Virus record (IMG/VR): IMGVR_UViG_3300021185_003351
Location: 96,001 to 160,000 of that record
Strand: one strand, 5' to 3'
DNA length: 64,000 bases
Origin: a virus
Within the stretch, counting starts at the first letter, position 1; the number at the start of each line of letters is the position of its first letter. This document shows positions 1-9,909 of the stretch, piece after piece. The notes below the pieces were generated by a model. The model did not search any database, had not been told where the DNA came from, and saw only the letters and a list, made by a program, of their open reading frames with translations. Position numbers and translations under genes: made by a program.

Positions 1-1
1 T

Positions 2-901
2 CCATTTCGAAAATTTTATAATGTTATACCTGGAGGTGCTGCCTCCGGAATGGGAAGAGGAGAAATGATGGCACTATTAGCAGTAAAAGATTCTGCACCA
101 GGCGGTACTGAACGTCATGATATTGTTATGTCAAATGGCGAATGGGAAGTTAAAGAATTAGAAAAGAAAGCATTTAGACCAGCAAAAAAAGGAATGGCAT
201 TTGCTTTTGATTTTGCTCCAAAAATTATAAAATTTTATAATGATATCATTGTTCCATTTTCAAGAATAGGCGATCCTGGAGATGAATTAATACCAATGGT
301 AGATGATAGATCAAAACCATTAGTAAAAAAATTAATTGACATATTAGAATCTAGATTTGAATCTCTTGCTGATATGAATAAAATTAAAAGTGCTAATGAA
401 TGGAAACTAATGTTATTTCATAATTGGTATGAAGGATTTAAAGAATTAAATCAATTATTTTATCAAACAAAATTTGATAGTGATGTAAAAGATACAAGAT
501 TAGTTGTTAAAACCGGAGGCAAAGAAAAAGCATATTGGATATCAGATACAGACGCTGATAATATTGAACTAAAATCAGGAGAAGATGAACCAGCAAATAT
601 TAATATTGGCGATGCTATTGATAATGTAAATCAAAATATACAAATTTGGTTCAAACGAATTGAATTTAATGAATTTATTAAGAATCCACGAATTTTTATA
701 GAAGAATTAAATACTGTTAAAAATACATTTTTTAAAGGAGTATTAGGAGTTGTATATTATTTAAAAGAAGCTAAAGATCAAAAACCATATTTATCTAGTC
801 CTTCTGATTTTCTAATATATCAAATTTCACAAGGTCAATATCGTTTTAGATTAACAAATCATAGTGCTAATAATAAACCATATCAATTAGATCAAAATTA
901 G
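2..901 (+). CDS. Hypothetical protein, possible PD-(D/E)XK-like nuclease; open off the left edge
   Basis: Frame is open from base 2 (PFRKFYNVIPGGAASG-MGRGE...). The GRGE...DIV...WEVK spacing resembles a restriction-like nuclease core. Confidence 0.4.
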   Translation, partial: PFRKFYNVIPGGAASGMGRGEMMALLAVKDSAPGGTERHDIVMSNGEWEVKELEKKAFRPAKKGMAFAFDFAPKIIKFYNDIIVPFSRIGDPGDELIPMVDDRSKPLVKKLIDILESRFESLADMNKIKSANEWKLMLFHNWYEGFKELNQLFYQTKFDSDVKDTRLVVKTGGKEKAYWISDTDADNIELKSGEDEPANINIGDAIDNVNQNIQIWFKRIEFNEFIKNPRIFIEELNTVKNTFFKGVLGVVYYLKEAKDQKPYLSSPSDFLIYQISQGQYRFRLTNHSANNKPYQLDQN

Positions 902-909
902 GATAACGA

Positions 910-1293
910 GTGAGGACACAACTATTGTGCACATTTGCACATAAAACAAATTTAGACATAGTTACAGAATATATCAAGCAAAACTTCGAAATTCCAGAAA
1001 ACCGAATATTTGTATTTGCAAACTATGAAAACAGAAATGATTTATATTGCACATTCAATGCTGCAGATAACGGATATCGTGGAAAAAATACAATATCAAT
1101 TCACAGAAAAAAAGAAACTAACACATTATATACGGTTAATGCTTTAAATGAAGTTATCAAAGATTTAAACAATGGTATACTAGATAAAACAATGATTTTA
1201 CCATGGGAAGCATTTGAAAATTCTTTTTTATTAACTGATGATAATGGTTATCGCAGGATAGACTTAGTATTTTTTAAAAGAATTAATTTTTAA
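910..1293 (+). CDS. Hypothetical phage protein
   Basis: 127 aa ORF, GTG start, no recognisable catalytic motif. Confidence 0.6.
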   Translation: MRTQLLCTFAHKTNLDIVTEYIKQNFEIPENRIFVFANYENRNDLYCTFNAADNGYRGKNTISIHRKKETNTLYTVNALNEVIKDLNNGILDKTMILPWEAFENSFLLTDDNGYRRIDLVFFKRINF

Positions 1294-1295
1294 CT

Positions 1296-1304
1296 ATATT
1301 TATA
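1296..1304 (+). promoter_or_regulatory. ATATTTATA putative late-promoter motif
   Basis: Intergenic; the same 9-mer recurs upstream of several virion/lysis/glycan genes. Confidence 0.5.
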
Positions 1305-1327
1305 TATGTAATAAAGAAAATACTATC

Positions 1328-2023
1328 ATGATTAAATTAAAAAATTTACTAAAAGAAGGATTTGCATGGGAAAGAAATGCAGATGGATCATTACCCACAT
1401 TAGCAGACGCTACTAGAAATCATCAAAAAAATCTTCAAGAACAATCTTTCAATAGATTACAACCATTAATTGATATGGGATTTGAACTTAAAAAATTAGA
1501 AAATGGTCAAACTGTAGCTACAATCGGTGATAAATCTAATAATGTTGCATTAATAATAGGAACAAATGCTGTATTTAAAGGATTGTATAAAATTAACGGA
1601 CAACAAGGAATGTTAGCTGGAACAATTCCTGCAGGCCCTGGAGACGATGATAAATACATACAACTGATTAAGTCTAAAATTGCAAAAATGGGTATAACAG
1701 AAGTCTTAAAAGACAAAGACGGAAATGTACGAACAGATTTAAAATATAAAGACAATCAAAACTATCAGCCAAGAATTGAATTGAAAAATACAAAAATGGG
1801 TAGTGGTACAAATCTTACAATAACAGTTAGTATAGATGGAAGTTCACCATTTGATATAGAATTTGATGATTATGAAGAAACAGATGATCATGGATATGAA
1901 AAAGCAATCTACTTAATGGGAGCTGACGATGGCGGTAATGAATGGGGTATGGAAGGATCAATGGCATTTCATGGAGAATTGGAAGATTTTAATATTGACA
2001 CATTAGAAAAAATGGAAAAATAA
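1328..2023 (+). CDS. Hypothetical protein with MIKLKNLLKE leader (putative head-internal protein)
   Basis: N-terminal KLKxLLxE leader shared with ORFs at 50797, 51807, 52420. Confidence 0.5.
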   Translation: MIKLKNLLKEGFAWERNADGSLPTLADATRNHQKNLQEQSFNRLQPLIDMGFELKKLENGQTVATIGDKSNNVALIIGTNAVFKGLYKINGQQGMLAGTIPAGPGDDDKYIQLIKSKIAKMGITEVLKDKDGNVRTDLKYKDNQNYQPRIELKNTKMGSGTNLTITVSIDGSSPFDIEFDDYEETDDHGYEKAIYLMGADDGGNEWGMEGSMAFHGELEDFNIDTLEKMEK

Positions 2024-2343
2024 TGAATTTAAAAGAATCAATGAAAAGATTTGGTACAAAAAATCTTAAAGAATCTAATTTAATAACTGAAGCTGCAGCA
2101 AATCAACAAAATTGGCTTAAAGGATATTTCAAGAAAAAAGAAGGCGATACAGGCGAATGGAAAATTGGCCAAAACGGAGACTTGGAAATTTATGTTGATG
2201 GAAAATTGGCAGGAGAATTTTTAGCAGACGATAAGTTATACATTCCAAACTCATTAATGGGAGATCTTCGAAAAGGTAATTATGATAAATCATATCAAAA
2301 ACCTAGAAATACGTTTGATGATGATTTTGAACTTGAACGATAA
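2023..2343 (+). CDS. Hypothetical protein with MKRFGTKNLKE leader
   Basis: Leader nearly identical to that of the next ORF. Confidence 0.5.
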   Translation: MNLKESMKRFGTKNLKESNLITEAAANQQNWLKGYFKKKEGDTGEWKIGQNGDLEIYVDGKLAGEFLADDKLYIPNSLMGDLRKGNYDKSYQKPRNTFDDDFELER

Positions 2344-2348
2344 AACTA

Positions 2349-2978
2349 ATGAATTTTAAAAAGTTAATGAAAAGAATTGGTACTAAAAATCTTCAGGAAC
2401 AAGAAGATCTTTCAATACCATCATTAGGTTTTGATATAGCAGATAAAATTCAAGATGCAGTAGGAGTTTTAAATGACAAAGAAGATGTCATGCAAGAAGA
2501 AATAGCAAGAATTACTGATACCAAAATACTAAAAGAAGTTGAAAAAAATTTAGGAAAGTCTTTAGTCAGTTGGTTAATGGATAATTATTCAAATCCTTCC
2601 TTACTAAATATATCGCTAGCATCATTAACAACTATTACAGATGTAGCGTGGATAACAAAGTCAGTAGAAGATTATACTGCAGATAATGTTGGAGACGGAA
2701 AGATACCTAGTATATTTACATCATTAAAAAAACTAGGGATATTAAATCAAAGATCTTTGGGTAAAGAAATATTAGTATCTATGAAACAATTGAGGTTTAC
2801 ACGAAGTCCGTATAATTCTAAAGGAGGATATTACTATTATGCTCCTCCATCTGAAACATATGCTACTAGGAATAAAGATATAGAAACAACATGGAATAGT
2901 GACATACTTCCAAAAATTGATATGGATGCAGATAAACCGACACTTCAACGTGGTGATATCAAACATACAAATTTATAA
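2349..2978 (+). CDS. Hypothetical protein with MKRIGTKNLQE leader
   Basis: Leader nearly identical to that of the previous ORF; body unrelated. Confidence 0.5.
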   Translation: MNFKKLMKRIGTKNLQEQEDLSIPSLGFDIADKIQDAVGVLNDKEDVMQEEIARITDTKILKEVEKNLGKSLVSWLMDNYSNPSLLNISLASLTTITDVAWITKSVEDYTADNVGDGKIPSIFTSLKKLGILNQRSLGKEILVSMKQLRFTRSPYNSKGGYYYYAPPSETYATRNKDIETTWNSDILPKIDMDADKPTLQRGDIKHTNL

Positions 2979-2996
2979 ACAATTACACAATTAACT

Positions 2997-3024
2997 TTGA
3001 ATTAACGAATTAATTACTTATAAT
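2997..3024 (+). promoter_or_regulatory. Variant -35/-10 promoter (TTGAAT-N16-TATAAT) for the SSB operon
   Basis: Intergenic; variant of the recurrent TTGGAT-N17-TATAAT motif. Confidence 0.45.
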
Positions 3025-3075
3025 ATAATTAATAAATAAACAAATAATAACAATTAAACAATTAAAGGATACAAT

Positions 3076-3849
3076 ATGAGTTTAGACTTAAACGCCATAA
3101 AGGCGAAACTTAACCAATTAACAACAACTAACGACAGAAGAAATAACTATTTCAAGCCAGAACCTGGCAAACAAAGAGTAAGAATTGTCCCTTACGTTCA
3201 CAGAAAAGAAAACCCTTTCCTAGAAATGTATTTCCATTATGATATTGCAAAGAGAAGTATGCTCTCTCCAATAACATTTGGTAATGCTGATCCAGTAGTA
3301 GAATTTGCTGAAAAGCTTAAGAAAACTGGTGATAAAGATGACTGGTTAATGGGTAGAAAAATTGAACCAAAAATGAGAACGTACGTTCCTGTTATAGTAA
3401 GAGGTAAAGAATCTGAAGGTGTTAAATTTTGGGGATTCGGAAAAACAATTTATTCTGAATTATTATCTATTATAGCAGACCCTGATTATGGTGATATTAC
3501 CGACTTAATGAATGGAAGAGACATTGACGTTGAATTTACTCCATCAGAAGGTCCTGGTCAATATCCAAAAACAGCTATTAGAGTTAAACCTAATACATCA
3601 GCAGCTACTGAAGATAAAGCAATTGCAAAATCAATAATGGATCAACCTAAAATAACAGATCTATTTCCAGAGCCAACATATGAAGAATTAGAAAAAGCAT
3701 TAAATGATTGGATGAATCCAGAAAGTGCTGACTCTGATACGTCAACTCCAAAAGCTGCAGCAACTCCTGCAACTGAAACAAAATCGAATGATACTGTTAC
3801 TAAAAAAACAGACGTAGCAGAAGCATTTGACGATTTATTCAATAATTAA
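3076..3849 (+). CDS. Single-stranded DNA-binding protein (T4 gp32-like)
   Basis: RVRIVP, KFWGFGKTIY, YGDITD...GRD motifs; acidic C-terminal tail AFDDLFNN; directly upstream of the recombinase. Confidence 0.85.
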   Translation: MSLDLNAIKAKLNQLTTTNDRRNNYFKPEPGKQRVRIVPYVHRKENPFLEMYFHYDIAKRSMLSPITFGNADPVVEFAEKLKKTGDKDDWLMGRKIEPKMRTYVPVIVRGKESEGVKFWGFGKTIYSELLSIIADPDYGDITDLMNGRDIDVEFTPSEGPGQYPKTAIRVKPNTSAATEDKAIAKSIMDQPKITDLFPEPTYEELEKALNDWMNPESADSDTSTPKAAATPATETKSNDTVTKKTDVAEAFDDLFNN

Positions 3850-3860
3850 GAAAGTTATAT

Positions 3861-5018
3861 ATGGGAAAGAAAAAGAGCGAACTGGAAGATTCGTTAGCAT
3901 CAGCGCTAGCAGATAGCATTAATAAACAATTTAAAGGACAAAATTACAAGTCAGCATTTTTTCTAGATGGTGATGATGATGCTCCTACAAATGTTAATGA
4001 ATGGATATCTACCGGATGCTCAATGTTAGATTTAGCCATTTCAAATCGTCCTAATGGAGGTTTTCCTGTTGGTAGAATTACCGAAATAACAGGACTTGAA
4101 GCTTCTGGTAAATCATTACTAGCAGCTCATACCTTAGCAGAGACGCAAAAGAAAAATGGATTAGCAGTATATATTGATACAGAATCAGCTAGTAGTGCAG
4201 AATTCTTAACAGCAATTGGCGTAGATTTAAAAACTATGTTATATGTTCCATTAGAAACAATTGAAGAAATATTTGAAACTATTGAAACAATTGTTGAAAA
4301 TGTTAGAAAGTCTGACAAAGATAGGTTAGTAACTATAGTAGTAGACTCAGTAATGGGAGCATCTACTAAAATAGAAATGGCAATGGAATATGATAAAGAT
4401 GGATATGCAACATCCAAATCTATTATATTAAGTAAAGCTATGAGAAAAGTTACTAATTGGATAGCTAGAGAAAGAATATGTTTAATCTTCACTAATCAGT
4501 TAAGAACTAAATTAGGCGTATCTTTTGGAGATCCATGGACAACTGCAGGTGGTAAAGCTTTACCATTTCATTCATCGGTTAGACTTCGTTTAAAAAATAC
4601 TGGTATGATAAAGGCCAGAGTAAACGGAACAGATCAAGTAGTTGGAAATAAAACTAATGTACATGTTGTAAAAAACAGAATGGGGCCTCCTAACAGAAAA
4701 ATTGATTATGAAATATATTATGATAGTGGAATTGACAACTATGGCGGTTGGTTAAATATCATGAAGAATTTCAAATTAGTTTCTCAATCAGGAGCTTGGT
4801 ATTCATTAGATGATGTTGATCCAGATACTGGCGAAGTTCTAGAAACTATCAAATTTCAAAGTAAAGATTTCATAGAAAAGGTAATACAAAATTCCGAAAT
4901 GAAAGATAGACTGTATAATAGAATTTGTGAAGCATATATATTTAAATACAGAGCCGGAATAGATGGTGGTATTGACGATGTAGTAGTTGATGAAGAAGTT
5001 ATAAATGAAGAAGGATAA
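3861..5018 (+). CDS. uvsX: RecA/UvsX recombinase
   Basis: Walker A GLEASGKS, YIDTE, VVDSV, IFTNQLR, GGKALPFHSSVR, KNR. Confidence 0.95.
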   Translation: MGKKKSELEDSLASALADSINKQFKGQNYKSAFFLDGDDDAPTNVNEWISTGCSMLDLAISNRPNGGFPVGRITEITGLEASGKSLLAAHTLAETQKKNGLAVYIDTESASSAEFLTAIGVDLKTMLYVPLETIEEIFETIETIVENVRKSDKDRLVTIVVDSVMGASTKIEMAMEYDKDGYATSKSIILSKAMRKVTNWIARERICLIFTNQLRTKLGVSFGDPWTTAGGKALPFHSSVRLRLKNTGMIKARVNGTDQVVGNKTNVHVVKNRMGPPNRKIDYEIYYDSGIDNYGGWLNIMKNFKLVSQSGAWYSLDDVDPDTGEVLETIKFQSKDFIEKVIQNSEMKDRLYNRICEAYIFKYRAGIDGGIDDVVVDEEVINEEG

Positions 5019-6067
5019 TGAATAAATATCAAGAATTATTTAAGCAACTTCAAAAAGAAAAAGAAAGTATTAATCAGAGTCCTGATGATCATATTATGAT
5101 TTTTGATGGACTCAATACTTTTATTAGATCATTTTCAGCAACTCCTTCAACTAACGAAGATGGAGAACATATAGGAGGGATTACAGGATTTTTATATAGC
5201 ATTGGAAAATGTGTTAGAGATTTTAAGCCTTCTAGATGTATCATTGTATTTGATGGGGTTGGTGGATCTAAACGAAGAAAAAAGATTTATAAAGATTATA
5301 AAGGTAATCGTGTTAATAAAACAAGATTGCGAAGACATGATCATCATATGCCTAGTATAGAACATGAGCAAGAAGCTATGAGACATCAATTCAGCAGATT
5401 AGTTTCATATTTAGATGCATTACCAGTTACATTTTTATCAATGGATGGAATTGAAGCAGATGACACAATTGCATATATTACTGAAATGTATGAAGCTAAA
5501 AGTAAAAAAATGACAATTGTATCAACTGATAGAGATTTTTATCAATTAATTAATGATAAAATTCAAATTTGGTCTCCTATTAAAAAGAAATTATATGATA
5601 CAGAAAAATTATTAGATGAGTTTCAGGTACATCCTAAAAACTATGTATTATATAGAGCATTTACAGGTGATAAGTCAGATAATATTCCTGGAGTAATGGG
5701 AATTGGTCCAAAAACTTTATTAAAACATGTTCCTAACTTGGATAAAGAACAAGAATATGAATTAGATGATTTATGGGAAACATGTTATAATAATGTAACA
5801 GAATCAAAAACATATAATAAAATAATAGATAACAAAAATATTATTTCAGATAATTGGAAACTAATGAATCTAAAACTATTAGATATTCCAGCACAAACAA
5901 AAAGTAATATTAGAAAAATTATGGAATCATCAGTATCAGAATTAAATAAGATTGAATTTAGAAGATTATTTATGGAAGACAAAATGTGGTCTGTAATGAA
6001 AAATATGCCAGACTGGTTAAATAACACCTGGTTATCATTGAGTGCATTTGCACAAAAAACAAAATAA
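5018..6067 (+). CDS. 5'-3' exonuclease / flap endonuclease (T4 RNase H-like)
   Basis: FDGLN, VFDG, YKGNR, EADD, STDRD, GDKSDNIPGVMGIGPKT (H3TH). Confidence 0.93.
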   Translation: MNKYQELFKQLQKEKESINQSPDDHIMIFDGLNTFIRSFSATPSTNEDGEHIGGITGFLYSIGKCVRDFKPSRCIIVFDGVGGSKRRKKIYKDYKGNRVNKTRLRRHDHHMPSIEHEQEAMRHQFSRLVSYLDALPVTFLSMDGIEADDTIAYITEMYEAKSKKMTIVSTDRDFYQLINDKIQIWSPIKKKLYDTEKLLDEFQVHPKNYVLYRAFTGDKSDNIPGVMGIGPKTLLKHVPNLDKEQEYELDDLWETCYNNVTESKTYNKIIDNKNIISDNWKLMNLKLLDIPAQTKSNIRKIMESSVSELNKIEFRRLFMEDKMWSVMKNMPDWLNNTWLSLSAFAQKTK

Positions 6068-6068
6068 A

Positions 6069-6097
6069 TTGGATTTATTATTTATTTTTTATATAAT
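6069..6097 (+). promoter_or_regulatory. TTGGAT-N17-TATAAT promoter
   Basis: Exact hexamers with 17-nt spacer, upstream of the helicase. Confidence 0.65.
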
Positions 6098-6102
6098 AAT
6101 TT

Positions 6103-7458
6103 ATGACAGATAAGTTAAGTGAGTATGGATGGTCGTTTCAAATTAAAGTTTTGGCAGCTATGTTTGTGGATAGAACATTTTTACAACAAATTGCTGATAT
6201 TATACAGTCAGAGTATTTCGAATCTGATGCTAATAGTTGGTTATTAGATATATTACTAGAACATTTCCGTGAGTATAAAACTCCACCTTCAAAAGATGTA
6301 TTAAAAGTTAAAGTAACAGAAATAGATAATGATGTTCTTAAAACTGCAATATTAGAACAATTAAAAGAAGTATTTCGATTTATGGAGTCAGATGATTTAG
6401 ACTTTGTTAAAAATGAAATACTTAAGTTTTGTAAGAATCAAGAAATTAAGCGAGCAATAATGGATTCGGTTAATTTGCTCAAAATGGGTAGTTATGATGA
6501 AATTAAAAGTAAAATAGATTCAGCAATGAAAGCTGGTGCTGACACTGACATCGGTCATGAATATAAAAAAGATGTTATTGCTAGATATACTGAATCAGCT
6601 AGAAACACTATTAGCACCGGATGGGATGTAATAGATGATTTAATGGATGGTGGATTAGCTGCCGGCGAATTAGGAGTAGTTATGGCTCCAGCTGGTATTG
6701 GGAAATCATGGATGCTTATTAATATAGGAGCAAATGCTGTTAAAAAAGGTAAAACAGTTATACACTATACGTTAGAGTTAAATGATAATTATGTAGGTCA
6801 ACGTTATGATTCTGTAGTTACTGGTATTGCTGCTCAGAATTTAAAAAATTACACTGATGATATACAAGAAAAATTAGAGACATTATCTGGAGAATTAATT
6901 ATAAAATATTATCCAACTAAGTCTACTGGTGTTATGGGAATAAAAGCACATATTGAAAAAACAATTATGCTAGGAAATACTCCAGATTTAATTGTAATAG
7001 ATTATGGTGATTTATTAAAAGTAAATACTAAAAAAGATAAGCATGAAGCTTTAGAAGAGTTATATGAAGAAATGCGAGGTATGGCCGGGGAATATAATGT
7101 TCCAGTTTGGACAGCATCTCAAGCAGGTAGATCTGCATTAGAAGATGATGTTATTGAAGCAGATAAAATTGCATCATCATATGGTAAAGTAATGGTTGCA
7201 GATTTCTTAATGTCATTATCAAGAAAAGTTGAAGATAAATTATCTGGTACTGGTAGAGGCCATGTTATTAAAAATAGATTTGGCCCAGATGGTATTACAT
7301 TACCAAGTAAAATTAACACAAATAACGGGCAGTTTGATTTCTTTGAGCCACAAACATCTCAAGGAAGACAGACTACCCAAACAATGAAAACAGGAGAAAC
7401 ATTGGTAAAGAAAAATTTAGCACAAAAATTTAAAGATTTAGGCGGAAGTTTAGGATAA
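6103..7458 (+). CDS. Replicative DnaB-family helicase (gp41-like)
   Basis: Walker A APAGIGKS, YTLEL, VIDYGDLL, WTASQ, KNRFG. Confidence 0.93.
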   Translation: MTDKLSEYGWSFQIKVLAAMFVDRTFLQQIADIIQSEYFESDANSWLLDILLEHFREYKTPPSKDVLKVKVTEIDNDVLKTAILEQLKEVFRFMESDDLDFVKNEILKFCKNQEIKRAIMDSVNLLKMGSYDEIKSKIDSAMKAGADTDIGHEYKKDVIARYTESARNTISTGWDVIDDLMDGGLAAGELGVVMAPAGIGKSWMLINIGANAVKKGKTVIHYTLELNDNYVGQRYDSVVTGIAAQNLKNYTDDIQEKLETLSGELIIKYYPTKSTGVMGIKAHIEKTIMLGNTPDLIVIDYGDLLKVNTKKDKHEALEELYEEMRGMAGEYNVPVWTASQAGRSALEDDVIEADKIASSYGKVMVADFLMSLSRKVEDKLSGTGRGHVIKNRFGPDGITLPSKINTNNGQFDFFEPQTSQGRQTTQTMKTGETLVKKNLAQKFKDLGGSLG

Positions 7459-7463
7459 CATTT

Positions 7464-7472
7464 ATATTTATA
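7464..7472 (+). promoter_or_regulatory. ATATTTATA motif
   Basis: Intergenic copy of the recurrent 9-mer. Confidence 0.4.
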
Positions 7473-7484
7473 TTAAATTAATCT

Positions 7485-7510
7485 TAGACCTCTATAAGGG
7501 GTCTATTTTT
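7485..7510 (+). terminator. Intrinsic terminator-like hairpin
   Basis: TAGACCTC-TATAA-GGGGTCTA stem (one G.U pair) followed by TTTTT. Confidence 0.55.
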
Positions 7511-7537
7511 GTCTAAAATAAAAAAAGTAGGAGTCAT

Positions 7538-9397
7538 ATGAACATATCAAATAAAATTTTATCAGATATAACAGTATACATGAAGTATGCAAAATTTATA
7601 CCAGAATTAAACAGAAGAGAAACTTGGGAAGAGTTAGTTACACGTAATAAGAATATGCATATTAAAAGATATCCTGCTTTAACAGATGAAATTGAAGATG
7701 TTTATAAATTAGTATATTCTAAAAAAATACTTCCTTCGATGAGATCGTTACAATTTGGTGGTAAACCAATTGAAATATCTCCTAATAGAGTTTATAATTG
7801 TGCTTACCTACCTATAGATCATATTGATGCATTTAGCGAAACAATGTTTTTATTATTAGGCGGAACTGGAGTAGGATATTCAGTTCAACGACACCATGTA
7901 ACAAATTTACCTCCAGTAAATAAACCATATCAAAAAAGAAAAAGAAGATTTTTAATTGGCGATAGTATTGAAGGCTGGGCAGATGCAATTAAAGTGTTAA
8001 TGAAGTCATATTTAAATGGTAAAAGTTCAAGAATAGAATTTGATTATTCTGATATTAGAGCCAAAGGCGCCCAACTAGTTACATCTGGTGGCAAAGCACC
8101 GGGACCGCAACCATTAAAAGAATGCATTCTTAAGATAACAGGTATATTAGAATCAAAAGAAGATGGTGATAAATTATCAACATTAGAAACTCATGACATA
8201 GTTTGTCATATAGCAGACGCAGTTTTAGCAGGAGGTATTAGAAGAGCAGCTTTGATTAGTTTGTTTTCTGCAGATGATGATGCTATGATAGGATGTAAAG
8301 CAGGACATTGGTGGGAAGAAGCTCCGCAAAGAGGTAGAGCTAATAACTCAGCTGTGTTAATGAGACACAAAGTAACTAAAGAGTTCTTTATGGAGTTATG
8401 GAAAAGAGTTGAATTATCAGGAGCAGGAGAGCCTGGCATATATTTAAACAACGACAAAGATTGGGGAACTAATCCATGTTGTGAAATAGCATTAAGACCT
8501 TTTCAATTCTGCAATTTATGTGAAGTAAATGCTTCAGATATTGAATCGCAGGATGATTTAAATAAACGAGTAAAAGCTGCTTCGTTTATAGGAACATTAC
8601 AAGCAGGTTACACTGACTTTCATTATTTAAGGGACATATGGAGAGAAACAACAGAAAAAGATGCTCTGATAGGAGTATCTATGACGGGAATCGGTTCTGG
8701 CACCGTTCTAGGTTACGACTTGAAGAAAGCCGCTCAATTAGTAAAACGAGAAAACGTAAGAGTCGCCAAACTAATTGGTATAAATCCTGCAGCTAGATGT
8801 ACGACAGTTAAACCAGCTGGAACAACATCTCTAGCATTAGGAACTTCATCTGGCATTCATGCATGGCACAATGATTATTATATCAGAAGAGTTAGGGTTG
8901 GAAAAAATGAGTCAATGTATAAGCACTTAAGTGTACATCATCCAGAATTAATTGAAGATGAATATTTTAGACCACATGATACAGCTGTGATTAGTATACC
9001 ACAAAAAGCACCAGATGGAGCAATAATGCGAACAGAGTCTCCATTTCAATTGTTAGAAAGAATTAAAAAAATAGCAATGGAATGGGTAGTTCCAGGACAT
9101 AGAAATGGATCTAATACTCATAATGTTTCAGCAACTGTTAGTTTGAAAGCAGAAGAATGGGAAACAGCAGGAGATTGGATGTGGGATAATAGAAAACATT
9201 ATAATGGTCTATCTGTATTACCGTATGACGGAGGAACATATACCCAAGCGCCTTTCGAAGATATAACAGAAGACAAATATAACGAATTAATGGAAACGTT
9301 GAAAGATGTAGATTTAACTCAAATTATTGAAACTGAAGATGAAACAGATTTAGCAGGAGAGTTAGCTTGTGCTGGTGGAGCGTGTGAGATACAATAA
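7538..9397 (+). CDS. nrdJ: Class II (adenosylcobalamin-dependent) ribonucleotide reductase
   Basis: PSMRSLQ, NCAY, GGIRRAA, TNPCCEI, TVKPAGT, C-terminal CAGGAC; no small subunit adjacent. Confidence 0.9.
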   Translation: MNISNKILSDITVYMKYAKFIPELNRRETWEELVTRNKNMHIKRYPALTDEIEDVYKLVYSKKILPSMRSLQFGGKPIEISPNRVYNCAYLPIDHIDAFSETMFLLLGGTGVGYSVQRHHVTNLPPVNKPYQKRKRRFLIGDSIEGWADAIKVLMKSYLNGKSSRIEFDYSDIRAKGAQLVTSGGKAPGPQPLKECILKITGILESKEDGDKLSTLETHDIVCHIADAVLAGGIRRAALISLFSADDDAMIGCKAGHWWEEAPQRGRANNSAVLMRHKVTKEFFMELWKRVELSGAGEPGIYLNNDKDWGTNPCCEIALRPFQFCNLCEVNASDIESQDDLNKRVKAASFIGTLQAGYTDFHYLRDIWRETTEKDALIGVSMTGIGSGTVLGYDLKKAAQLVKRENVRVAKLIGINPAARCTTVKPAGTTSLALGTSSGIHAWHNDYYIRRVRVGKNESMYKHLSVHHPELIEDEYFRPHDTAVISIPQKAPDGAIMRTESPFQLLERIKKIAMEWVVPGHRNGSNTHNVSATVSLKAEEWETAGDWMWDNRKHYNGLSVLPYDGGTYTQAPFEDITEDKYNELMETLKDVDLTQIIETEDETDLAGELACAGGACEIQ

Positions 9398-9555
9398 TGA
9401 GAGCAGACGACTGGATATCAGAACTAGATCTCAAAGAAAAAATTAATTCGTTACAGGATTTCTATTGGGAAGGTGGAATGATGATAATGACAAAACAATA
9501 TCATTTGAAACGAGGATATTGTTGCACAAATGGCTGCTATCATTGTCCATATTAA
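9397..9555 (+). CDS. Small Cys-rich protein (DUF5522-like); not in ORF track
   Basis: Translated by hand, 52 aa, ending HLKRGYCCTNGCYHCPY; start overlaps the nrdJ stop (TAATG). Confidence 0.75.
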   Translation: MRADDWISELDLKEKINSLQDFYWEGGMMIMTKQYHLKRGYCCTNGCYHCPY

Positions 9556-9556
9556 T

Positions 9557-9585
9557 TTGGATAATTAATATAATTTTATTATAAT
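9557..9585 (+). promoter_or_regulatory. TTGGAT-N17-TATAAT promoter
   Basis: Exact match upstream of the folE-queD-queE operon. Confidence 0.65.
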
Positions 9586-9597
9586 AAAATAAAAAGA

Positions 9598-9909
9598 ATG
9601 AGTTTTAATTTCTTAAATCCATCTGATGTAGATAGAAGCATGTTTTTTCGATGTGTAAAAATACTTTCAAAAAAAGATGGTATTGATCTTCATATATTAA
9701 ATGATGCGGTTATGAAAGAATATAACAGAACTATCAATGAATTTTTATCATATTTAATTTCAGTTGGAGAACAACTAGAAGAATATGAAAAATGTAGTGA
9801 GTTAATATTACAGCAAAAAAAATATAAAAAGTGGTTAACAGTTAATTTAGAAACAGTTAAATCGATTTCAAACTTATTAAAAGACTTAAAACATAAATAT
9901 GACAACTAA
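9598..9909 (+). CDS. Hypothetical protein with UVR-like EEYEKC helix
   Basis: EQLEEYEKCSELI; similar motif in ORF 52992. Confidence 0.5.
   Translation: MSFNFLNPSDVDRSMFFRCVKILSKKDGIDLHILNDAVMKEYNRTINEFLSYLISVGEQLEEYEKCSELILQQKKYKKWLTVNLETVKSISNLLKDLKHKYDN

Noticed and set aside
7459-7537. Cobalamin riboswitch upstream of nrdJ
   Set aside because: The gap is only ~80 nt, AT-rich, and lacks a recognisable B12-box.
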